Positions 9,706-17,081 of a stretch of DNA of 20,000 nt are shown here, piece by piece. Source of the stretch: an uncultured virus (IMG/VR IMGVR_UViG_3300031565_000019) (Duplodnaviria; Heunggongvirae; Uroviricota; Caudoviricetes); the IMG/VR virus record IMGVR_UViG_3300031565_000019, one strand, 5' to 3'. The notes beneath the pieces were generated by a model that saw nothing but the letters and a program-made list of their open reading frames with translations, was not told the DNA's origin and did no database searches. Positions within the stretch are counted from its first letter, which is position 1. Every line of letters begins with the position of its first letter. The translations under genes were made by a program, and so were the position numbers.

Positions 9706-9921
9706 AATCATTACATTTAAGATAACCATTGGCACAAAGTGAATCACAAATGGAAAGACAACCAATGACTAAAAGTGAATCAGGATGTTTAAGATAACCA
9801 GGAAGCGGAAGTGAATCATAATAAACAAGATACCCAATATGCTTAAGTGAATCAGAACGTAAAAGACAACCATTAAAATAAAGTGAATCATATATGTTAA
9901 GATAACCATCGTTGATAAGTG
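9706..9921 (+). repeat. TIGR-like dual-repeat, dual-spacer guide array: 6 x 36 nt, AATCA-[9 nt A]-AGAYAMCCA-[9 nt B]-AGTG
   Basis: Units start at 9706, 9742, 9778, 9814, 9850, 9886. Spacer A/B pairs: TTACATTTA/TTGGCACAA, CAAATGGAA/ATGACTAAA, GGATGTTTA/GGAAGCGGA, TAATAAACA/ATATGCTTA, GAACGTAAA/TTAAAATAA, TATATGTTA/TCGTTGATA. No indels and all spacers unique. Confidence 0.85.
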
Positions 9922-9950
9922 AAGCTTCTGAGAAATCAGGAGCTTTTTTT
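9922..9950 (+). terminator. Intrinsic terminator closing the array transcript
   Basis: AAGCTTCTGA-GAAA-TCAGGAGCTT 10-bp stem (one G-U) with GNRA loop, running into a T7 tract; begins immediately after the last array unit. Confidence 0.85.
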
Positions 9951-10003
9951 ATGCTCAAAAGTTACTATCCATTTATGAATAGTAAAATAATCTCATTGTG
10001 ATT

Positions 10004-10011
10004 TACTTTTG
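10004..10011 (+). promoter_or_regulatory. Possible -7 element (TAnnTTTG) for the head operon
   Basis: TACTTTTG downstream of the terminator and 24 nt before ATG 10035; no canonical -33 TTTG. Confidence 0.45.
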
Positions 10012-10034
10012 TCTCATAATTAAATCAAAAGACT

Positions 10035-10163
10035 ATGAATCCGATGGGTGTTTGTTCAGCTTATACTTATATTGATCAGGTTCTATTTATTATCAATGAC
10101 AATAGTTATCCGGATATAGCTAATGATTTCTGGTATAATTTATTTGGCTGTGGTGGCAATTAA
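10035..10163 (+). CDS. Unannotated 42-aa peptide (MNPMGVCSAYTYIDQVLFIINDNSYPDIANDFWYNLFGCGGN)
   Basis: A-rich leader (TAAATCAAAAGACT-ATG); stop TAA lies 1 nt before the protease ATG at 10165. Confidence 0.5.
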   Translation: MNPMGVCSAYTYIDQVLFIINDNSYPDIANDFWYNLFGCGGN

Positions 10164-10164
10164 T

Positions 10165-11280
10165 ATGGAACCTGCAATCCTTAAAATATACAGTGATATT
10201 GGAGAATCACTTCCTGATACATTCATGGGAGAAGGAGCACAATCTATTTCTGCAAAAGATGTATCACAATTTCTTGATGATAACAAAGAGGCAACTGAGA
10301 TTAATATTCTCATTAACTCCCGGGGTGGAGATGTTCAGGAAGGATGGGCAATACATGATCTGCTCAAAAATTCCGGAAAGAAACTAAAAACTATTGGCGA
10401 AGGCAAAATTTATTCTATTGCCACTATCATATTCCTTGTGGCAGATGAACGTGAGATAATGAAAAATGCCGATGGTCTGATTCACAATCCCTTTATCCCC
10501 CCTTACACGCTTGCTGATAAATATGAATCCGATGATCTTGAAAAGATTGCCGAAGAATTGAAGCAAGAGGAAGAGAAAATACTTGATTTTTATGTGGAAC
10601 GTACAGGTACCCCGGCCGACAAACTTGCAGAATATATGAAAGAGAACACGAAGTTATCAGCAGAGGATATGCTTAGTCTTGGTTTTGCAACTAAAATAAT
10701 TGAGCCTGTTAAGGCGTATGCAATTTTTAAACCGAAAATAAATTCTATTATGGATTCAAAAGATGTAAAAACATTCGGAGAAAAGCTCGACACTATCATT
10801 TCAAAGATAGCAGCCTTCTCCCGGCTTACTACCATTGATCAGACTTTAAAAGACAAGGATGGCAAGGAGTTCAAGCTTGAAAAAGAAACCGGAGCGCCTG
10901 CTGTCGGAGACAAGGCTTCTCCCGATGGGACTTATGTTATGGCAGACGGCAAAACGATAGTCATAACAGACGGTGCAGTATCGGAGATCAAAGAACCTAT
11001 TGCAGCCAAGACGGAACTTGAATTGGCAAATGAGAAGATAGCCGATTTGCAATCTAAACTCGATGCTGCCGAGAAAGAGAAGCCTGATCTTGTTGCTGTT
11101 GAAGCATCATTTAAGGCGAAAGAAGCACAAGCAGTCGCTCTCGCTACTGAACTTCAGGGCATGAAAAATTCATGGATTCCTGAAGGGAGGACTAAATTTA
11201 GTTCTGCCGAAAAAGTCGGATCGATTGACCTTAACAGGGTACGTGAACTGAAAGAAAAATTAACTTCAAAAACTGAATAA
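10165..11280 (+). CDS. ClpP-type prohead protease with C-terminal scaffold-like extension
   Basis: INSRGGDV, IYSIATII (Ser), LIHNP (His), LSAEDMLSLGFATKI. C-terminal DGTYVMADGKTIVITDG plus coiled coil. Start re-assigned from 10123 to 10165. Confidence 0.85.
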   Translation: MEPAILKIYSDIGESLPDTFMGEGAQSISAKDVSQFLDDNKEATEINILINSRGGDVQEGWAIHDLLKNSGKKLKTIGEGKIYSIATIIFLVADEREIMKNADGLIHNPFIPPYTLADKYESDDLEKIAEELKQEEEKILDFYVERTGTPADKLAEYMKENTKLSAEDMLSLGFATKIIEPVKAYAIFKPKINSIMDSKDVKTFGEKLDTIISKIAAFSRLTTIDQTLKDKDGKEFKLEKETGAPAVGDKASPDGTYVMADGKTIVITDGAVSEIKEPIAAKTELELANEKIADLQSKLDAAEKEKPDLVAVEASFKAKEAQAVALATELQGMKNSWIPEGRTKFSSAEKVGSIDLNRVRELKEKLTSKTE

Positions 11281-11281
11281 T

Positions 11282-12367
11282 ATGTCACAGACATCACCAG
11301 TGTGTGGACACACACTCAACTTAGACAATCTTCACTTCACTCCTGATGAACTCAGGTCATTGAATGAACTGGTTGTAACTGCTGTTCTCGAAGCACCGGA
11401 ACTTTCGTCTTTCCATACCCTTGTTACCGGAATAAAGAACGATAGACGAATCGGAATAATCCCGGGAACATTCGGGCTGGTGGGGAAAGCTGCCCAAGCT
11501 TGCGATCCGGTAGCTCAGTGTTACGAGGATGTAGCTATTGAAAAGACATGGGAACCTCGTTATCTGGAAGTCATTATAGATATGTGCGTGGATGAACTGG
11601 CAGATACATTGATGAAGCTCGCAATTAAATGCGGGGTTGATCTTTATGATCTGACCAAAACGGAGATCTTCACATTCATTCTGAACATTCTTTCAAAGGA
11701 CATTTCGAAGATGGTTTTCCGTCATGCATGGTTCGGAGATCAGAATGCTGCACAGCTTCCGGCAGGAATTTTAACTCCGGGGACTGATCCTGCTTTCTTC
11801 AATGTCATTGACGGCTTCTGGGTTCAATTAGCAGCCGTGTATGCAGCTAATCCCTTACAGCTTGCAGCACTACCGGGGAATACGCAGTTAACTTATGCCT
11901 TACAACAGTCAGTAGCAACTCCTGTATTGATGTATGCCGCAGTAAACAATGTAATTGATTCTGCTGTTTCCGAGCTGGCAGCACAACCTGATAGGGTTCT
12001 CCTTGTCACAAGGTCAGTAATGGACAGGTTACGCAGACAACTACAGGCACTTGGAACAGCATTTCAGGACTACAAACTGATGATCAACGGGCTGGAATTT
12101 GCTACATGGGACGGAATTAGAATCGTATCTATTCCTTTATGGGATCAATGGATCAGGGCATACGAAAATAACGGAGCGAGCTGGAATGATCCTCACAGAG
12201 TTGTTTACACAACTGTCTCCAATCTAAATATTGGGATGGCCTGTACTTCACTATTTGATAATATTAATTCGTTTTACGATCCGAGAAGTCGTTACAACAG
12301 GATTGAGGCAGTTGATGCTTTCGATGCCAAAATTATTGACGACAGGCTCTTCATGGTAGGACGTTAA
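11282..12367 (+). CDS. Major capsid protein (probable)
   Basis: 361 aa directly after the protease. KMVFRHAWFGD, FNVIDGFWVQL, TWDGIRIVSIPLWD resemble Bacteroidota phage capsid proteins. Confidence 0.75.
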   Translation: MSQTSPVCGHTLNLDNLHFTPDELRSLNELVVTAVLEAPELSSFHTLVTGIKNDRRIGIIPGTFGLVGKAAQACDPVAQCYEDVAIEKTWEPRYLEVIIDMCVDELADTLMKLAIKCGVDLYDLTKTEIFTFILNILSKDISKMVFRHAWFGDQNAAQLPAGILTPGTDPAFFNVIDGFWVQLAAVYAANPLQLAALPGNTQLTYALQQSVATPVLMYAAVNNVIDSAVSELAAQPDRVLLVTRSVMDRLRRQLQALGTAFQDYKLMINGLEFATWDGIRIVSIPLWDQWIRAYENNGASWNDPHRVVYTTVSNLNIGMACTSLFDNINSFYDPRSRYNRIEAVDAFDAKIIDDRLFMVGR

Positions 12368-12378
12368 AAACTGACGAT

Positions 12379-13026
12379 ATGACAATAGGTTGTAACCAAA
12401 TTGTAGATTGCATCCTTAAAAACTGTGAGAACCTTGTTCCAGGGATTAAGGATATAGCGTATTTCATTAACTATGATTGTGTAGATAAGGATGGAAGCAC
12501 ATTTGACGAAGATAATTCTTTATTATGTACTTCACTTCTCCTGAAAGAAACATCTCCACCCTGCTATGCATATTGTGTACAGGGATATAATTTCTCGAAT
12601 GAACATACCGTTGCGATGGTCAAAAAGACTTATCAAAAGGTATGGGATCATAATTTTATTTTCAGGATATTCGATAATACTCCCGAAGTGAAATTATGGA
12701 TTCAGTCAGCCGTTGACAGCCGTTTCATGATTGTCATTGAGAACAATTACAATAAACCTGGTGCTACTGCTGCTGATGATGGCAGAACTGTTTTTGAAAT
12801 TCTGGGATGGGATTTCGGACTGGAATTGAATGCAGTGGAACGAAATGTCAACGATGAGGAGTTACTTGGCGGATGGTTGCTCACTGCCGGATGTTCTGAT
12901 AAATTGAAAGAGTCACTGCCTCCACTTTCGTTTTTCGCAGCAACTATTGCAGCAACAAGGGCTGCTTTGGCTGAACTCGTAGCGCCTTGCTGCCCGGAAG
13001 AATTCCAGCCATTACCACCGGCTTAA
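12379..13026 (+). CDS. Major tail tube-like structural protein
   Basis: 215 aa; N-terminal Cys...PGIKDIAYFINY, RFMIVIEN, FEILGWDFGL pattern of Bacteroidota phage tube proteins. Confidence 0.6.
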   Translation: MTIGCNQIVDCILKNCENLVPGIKDIAYFINYDCVDKDGSTFDEDNSLLCTSLLLKETSPPCYAYCVQGYNFSNEHTVAMVKKTYQKVWDHNFIFRIFDNTPEVKLWIQSAVDSRFMIVIENNYNKPGATAADDGRTVFEILGWDFGLELNAVERNVNDEELLGGWLLTAGCSDKLKESLPPLSFFAATIAATRAALAELVAPCCPEEFQPLPPA

Positions 13027-13029
13027 TAT

Positions 13030-13057
13030 GAGTGCGGATTAAGTTCCGCATTTCTTT
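13030..13057 (+). terminator. Probable weak intrinsic terminator after capsid/tube genes
   Basis: TGCGGA-ttaagt-TCCGCA stem (13033-13050) followed by TTTCTTT. Confidence 0.5.
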
Positions 13058-13058
13058 A

Positions 13059-13562
13059 ATGATTGAGGAAGTAATATCATTCGCCCGTGAATATATTAAT
13101 AAGCCTGCATACAGGACGGCTGAACGTAAAGCGAAGATAAGAGAAGCGTTAAAGCAATTAACCGGAGAAATAATTATAATTTCATGTGGAACATGTTACA
13201 TAGAGGCATTATATAAAATTTTAAAACGTACAACGATGGCAACAAGCAAATATGAATTAAGAAGAGGAGTCGTTTTACAGGTGTTTGGTGATCCTACCAA
13301 GACCTGCACTAACAATACTTTGACTGATGAACTCGCAGAATGGTATCTGACATACCATCCGGAGAAAGCTGTTTACTTTATACGGAGGCCAGCGCCGAAA
13401 GTGCCTGTTATCCCTGCCGGGATCAAGATAATTCCACCTGCTCCGAAAGTAGAAGAAATTATCCCGGAAGAGAATTTACCGGAACAGATTATTAATGCGG
13501 TAATTCCAGATAAACCAGTCAAGGAGCCTGCAAAAAAGAAATCCTATAAAGCCAAAACGTAA
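13059..13562 (+). CDS. Hypothetical phage protein with CxxC motif and Pro/Lys-rich tail
   Basis: Start re-assigned to ATG 13059 (the GTG at 13032 lies in the hairpin). SCGTCYIEAL motif; TAATG coupling to portal. Confidence 0.6.
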   Translation: MIEEVISFAREYINKPAYRTAERKAKIREALKQLTGEIIIISCGTCYIEALYKILKRTTMATSKYELRRGVVLQVFGDPTKTCTNNTLTDELAEWYLTYHPEKAVYFIRRPAPKVPVIPAGIKIIPPAPKVEEIIPEENLPEQIINAVIPDKPVKEPAKKKSYKAKT

Positions 13563-14713
13563 TGAAAGTATCCGCTACAAAAACAGCACAGAGAGTTGAG
13601 CGGAACATTTACATTACTTCAAAAGGAATTAAGGGATACGGCACAAATAATGATTATCCTCAAAAGGTATTAGAGATTGTAAATAGTTCCGGAACAGGCA
13701 AAACCTGTATGGATATTTATGTTAAATTTGTCGAGGGTGCTGGATTCTTAGACGAGATATTATCTAATACAGTTTTAAATTCCCGTAAGGAGCGGGCTGA
13801 TTCCCTGCTCCGCAAATTCACAAAGGATCTTAAAAATTTCAATGGTTTCGCCTGTAACGTTAAATATGACGGACTTGGACTACCTTCTGAATACTTTAAT
13901 ATTCCATTTGAGCATTGTCGGATCGAGATAAGATCAGACGGCACGTACACGGGGAGAATTGCTGTTCATCCTGACTGGACGAATATCACTGGCAGAACAT
14001 TCAGAATGGCGGATGTGAAATTTTTTAATCGTTTTGATCCCTTTAAAGTTATTGATGAAATGACTGAGGCCGGAGGTCCGGGGGCTTATTTGGGTCAAAT
14101 ATTTTACTTCACGGCAGATGGCGATCTGGAATATCCCATTAGTCCTTTCGATCCTATTGTTACTGATATGCTCACAGAAGAAAGTGTTTCGACTGTCAAG
14201 CATCGTAATGCAAAGTTTAATTTTCTTCCTGCAGGGATATTGGTAAGAAAAGGCATTAAGCCGAGAACACTTGATAATGGTTCGATTGATCCAAATGATC
14301 CTTATAATCAAGAGCAGCAAGCAAGTTCTGATTGGATTGCAAAAGCACAGGGAGATATGAATGTCTCAAAAATATGGGTAGTTGATGTTGATGCTGATGA
14401 GGAGGTTCCTGTCTTAATTCCTTTTGATGCAAAAAATTACGATAAGGAATTTGACTACACGGAAAAATCTGTTCAGGAGAATATCGGGGCGATGTTTATG
14501 ATTCCGCCTATTTTGAGAGGTATAGATGTAGGTGCAGGATTCGGAAGTGAATTAGTCGCACAAGCTTATAATTTTATGAACTCCATTACCGGGAATGAAC
14601 GCAGGATGCTCGAAACTGCCTTCCGGGATTTGTTAGAATATTATATAATTAAATTTGCTGATTTTACAATCAGTCCTTTACAATATGTTGCACCAATAAG
14701 CCAGCCGCAATGA
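13562..14713 (+). CDS. Portal protein (probable)
   Basis: 383 aa; YGTNNDYPQ...SSGTGKTC...FVEGAGF, NIPFEHCR, NFLPAGIL, MFMIPPILRG motifs. Confidence 0.8.
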   Translation: MKVSATKTAQRVERNIYITSKGIKGYGTNNDYPQKVLEIVNSSGTGKTCMDIYVKFVEGAGFLDEILSNTVLNSRKERADSLLRKFTKDLKNFNGFACNVKYDGLGLPSEYFNIPFEHCRIEIRSDGTYTGRIAVHPDWTNITGRTFRMADVKFFNRFDPFKVIDEMTEAGGPGAYLGQIFYFTADGDLEYPISPFDPIVTDMLTEESVSTVKHRNAKFNFLPAGILVRKGIKPRTLDNGSIDPNDPYNQEQQASSDWIAKAQGDMNVSKIWVVDVDADEEVPVLIPFDAKNYDKEFDYTEKSVQENIGAMFMIPPILRGIDVGAGFGSELVAQAYNFMNSITGNERRMLETAFRDLLEYYIIKFADFTISPLQYVAPISQPQ

Positions 14714-15249
14714 TAGCACTTGTAACAAAAGCCGATCTGGACAACTTTAAGTATATAGCCGATAGCATCAAGAATGCTACTACATGGCCGCAGTTTGTTT
14801 CGGAGGCCCAGATATTGGATATCAAATCATGGCTAACGGATGCTCTATTGCTTGAAATTGTCGGACAGGCTTCCACATTGCCTACTACAATATCAGTTAA
14901 TAATCAGAAGCTTTTGGATGGAGGCATTTACACTTATTTATCAAAGACGTATTATTTTCAAGGACTTAAAGCATGCATCCTATATTATGCCTTTGCCCGG
15001 TTTACTAACCGCACTTCATTCAATTATACGGCAGCAGGGGTTGTATTGAAAGACAGTGATTTTTCAACTCCGGCCACGACAAAGGATATTCAGCGACTTG
15101 AAACGGAGGCTAGACTGACTGCGGATGCTATCAAATGCGAAATAATAACATTCTTAAACAGAAAATATGCTGATTATCCGCTATGGGCTTCTTCCGGATG
15201 CGGAAGTCGTTGCAGCGATAACAGACCTTTCAGGGTCATTGGTGAATAA
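14710..15249 (+). CDS. Head-tail adaptor-like protein (DUF6712-like)
   Basis: FVSEAQILDIKSWL, GLKACILYYAFARF, TAAGVV, FL...YPLW; follows portal. Confidence 0.6.
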   Translation: MIALVTKADLDNFKYIADSIKNATTWPQFVSEAQILDIKSWLTDALLLEIVGQASTLPTTISVNNQKLLDGGIYTYLSKTYYFQGLKACILYYAFARFTNRTSFNYTAAGVVLKDSDFSTPATTKDIQRLETEARLTADAIKCEIITFLNRKYADYPLWASSGCGSRCSDNRPFRVIGE

Positions 15250-15260
15250 AGTTAATAAAT

Positions 15261-15617
15261 ATGAAAGAAATAGATATACAACAAAATGTTCCGGCAATAA
15301 TCAGAATAGAACTTACTGACAATAATTATATTCCTGCTATTCCTTATGTTATTACCGGCAAAACAATATTTATTTCAGTTAAAGAAGAAACGAATTTTGA
15401 TCTTGATGATACAAAAGCTATAATCACAAGCAAAATCACAGCTCATACTGATCCGGCAAATGGGATAACAGAATGGATTTTGACGGCAGCAGAAACAAAA
15501 CAGGCTCTTGGAAGATATAAAGCTGATGTCAGGATTTATACCGATGCTACAAATTATGTCAATTCTGAATCGTTCTACATTAATATTATTCCTGTTGTAA
15601 CACAAAGACTCATATAA
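15261..15617 (+). CDS. BppU-N-like Ig-fold virion protein
   Basis: ITGKTIFISVK, TDPANGITEWILTAAET, GRYKADVRI pattern. Confidence 0.55.
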   Translation: MKEIDIQQNVPAIIRIELTDNNYIPAIPYVITGKTIFISVKEETNFDLDDTKAIITSKITAHTDPANGITEWILTAAETKQALGRYKADVRIYTDATNYVNSESFYINIIPVVTQRLI

Positions 15618-16576
15618 TGGATCATGGTATTTCAATATCTGTCAAATCACAATCAATCGGTATAAATACAGGAGGATTACAATCAATTGGTGTAAAAGTA
15701 TCAGGAGGATCAAACCTTCCTGCGCCGGTAGCGGAGAATGATTTTATAGTTGCAAATACAGGACTTAATTGGATTAAAAAGACATTAGGTGAAATAAGAA
15801 CAATTCTCGGACTTGGTTCGGCTGCTTATACTGAGAGTACTGATTATGCAGATTCAGTCCATGCTCATGATGAAGACTATGAACCTGCAAATACAAATAT
15901 TCAGGAACATATAGCAGATAATACTCAGGCACATTCAGATTATCTTTTGAATACAGGCGATACAGCAACGGGAGTTTATAATTTTGATACAAATACTTTT
16001 GTTATTGATAGTATAAATCATAGAGTTGGAATTGGGACGACGGAACCTGGGGGGACTTTAGAAATAGGTAGCGGGCAATTACTTATTCCAAAGGGTCTTT
16101 CAACAGCCCCCGCTATTGCATTCTCTGGCGACAAAGATACGGGTATGTGGGCGAGTATGGCAAGCAGGTTGGGTTTCGTAGTTGATGGAACTCAAGTTAT
16201 GACCGCGTCTCCAACATGGTTTCAATTTCAAGTGCAAATGCAAACTACTCCTGGGACAGCGGCCGCTCCTGGATATTCCTTTAGAAATAATGCTGATACA
16301 GGAATGTTAAGTCCAGGCGATACTCATCTTGCTTTTAGTGTTGGTGGTACTGAAAAAGTAAGAATAGAAGAAGGCGGCAACGTCGGCATCGGAACAGCAA
16401 CTCCAAACGCAAATGCAATATTAGATATCACAAGTATTACTAAGGCATTTATGCCACCGAGAATGACTACTACCCAAAGGGATAATATTCCTTCACCAAC
16501 AGAAGGAATGGTTATATATAATCTTACTACTCATGTGCTCAATTTCCACAATGGTACAGCATGGGACGCAGTATAA
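15617..16576 (+). CDS. Fibre-like virion protein
   Basis: LGLGSAAY, RVGIGTTEP, two TAPAIAFSGDKDTG / AAPGYSFRNNADTG repeats, GNVGIGT, PRMTTTQRDNIPSPTEGMVIYN. Confidence 0.7.
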   Translation: MDHGISISVKSQSIGINTGGLQSIGVKVSGGSNLPAPVAENDFIVANTGLNWIKKTLGEIRTILGLGSAAYTESTDYADSVHAHDEDYEPANTNIQEHIADNTQAHSDYLLNTGDTATGVYNFDTNTFVIDSINHRVGIGTTEPGGTLEIGSGQLLIPKGLSTAPAIAFSGDKDTGMWASMASRLGFVVDGTQVMTASPTWFQFQVQMQTTPGTAAAPGYSFRNNADTGMLSPGDTHLAFSVGGTEKVRIEEGGNVGIGTATPNANAILDITSITKAFMPPRMTTTQRDNIPSPTEGMVIYNLTTHVLNFHNGTAWDAV

Positions 16577-16658
16577 ATATGACACAAGCCATGCAAAACA
16601 TGTATAACAAAATTTAAATAATATATATTAATTTAAATAATAATAGGAGACTAAAAAC

Positions 16659-16934
16659 ATGGCACAACCAATAAGAACAATCGGAAACATGAACATCACA
16701 CGGGTAGTACCTGTGGATTTAAGCGAGGATGACTTCATAGATGAAAATGGTTTTTTCATCAGAGCAGCAGGTAATGGTGGCGATATAAAATATTGCCCTG
16801 TGGGGAACGAAAATTCCGAAGCTATTACAAAGAATTTTGCAGGATCGGATATCTTTGTTGATCCCGAAGTGTGCAGAAGGATTTTTGCGGTTGGCACTGA
16901 TGCGACTGAAATTTATGCGGGATATGGTGTGTGA
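16659..16934 (+). CDS. Head spike base-like protein (resembles RcGTA Rcc01079)
   Basis: 91 aa; FIRAAGNGGDIK...PEVCRRIFAVGTDATEIYAG pattern. AGGAGA upstream. Confidence 0.55.
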   Translation: MAQPIRTIGNMNITRVVPVDLSEDDFIDENGFFIRAAGNGGDIKYCPVGNENSEAITKNFAGSDIFVDPEVCRRIFAVGTDATEIYAGYGV

Positions 16935-17080
16935 TGGGAATACGAATCGGAATCGGGCGAATAGTAATCGGAGGAATAGCAGAACCGATAATTGAAATAA
17001 TTCCTGCTAATGCACTACTTAATGATGATGGTACACCAATTCTGAATGATGATGGATCATATATATTAACAGACGATTAA
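16934..17080 (+). CDS. Unannotated 48-aa adaptor peptide (MGIRIGIGRIVIGGIAEPIIEIIPANALLNDDGTPILNDDGSYILTDD)
   Basis: TGATG overlap with the upstream gene and stop 1 nt before the next ATG. N-terminal GIxIGIG and C-terminal acidic LNDDG repeats. Confidence 0.75.
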   Translation: MGIRIGIGRIVIGGIAEPIIEIIPANALLNDDGTPILNDDGSYILTDD

Positions 17081-17081
17081 A

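Noticed and set aside
9597..9725. 42-codon plus-strand ORF across the leader
   Set aside because: It would be nearly leaderless, runs through the strong hairpin into the array, and has no recognisable features.
9706..9921. Interpretation as CRISPR array or plain tandem repeat
   Set aside because: Repeats of 9-10 nt and spacers of 8-9 nt are far too short for CRISPR, there are two alternating repeat types, and no cas genes. Spacers are unrelated to each other, unlike a VNTR. Iterons are not fully excluded, but the promoter-terminator framing favours an RNA.
9563..9958. Minus-strand 131-aa ORF with 12-aa periodic GYLxxxDSLxxx repeats
   Set aside because: It is a shadow of the 36-nt array. Wobble positions are invariant (always GAT TCA CTT, plus a fixed third base in otherwise variable codons), which shows nucleotide-level constraint. 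It is also antisense to all genes and overlaps the promoter and terminator.
13122..13130. Exact match to spacer A5 (GAACGTAAA), and an 8/9 match to revcomp of spacer B1 near 9448-9456
   Set aside because: The partner half-site is absent in both cases, and isolated 9-mers are expected by chance in AT-rich DNA. No self-target was seen by eye, though the search was not exhaustive.
16612..16638. AT-only palindrome ATTTAAATAATATATATTAATTTAAAT in an intergenic gap
   Set aside because: Low complexity; cannot be distinguished from chance.
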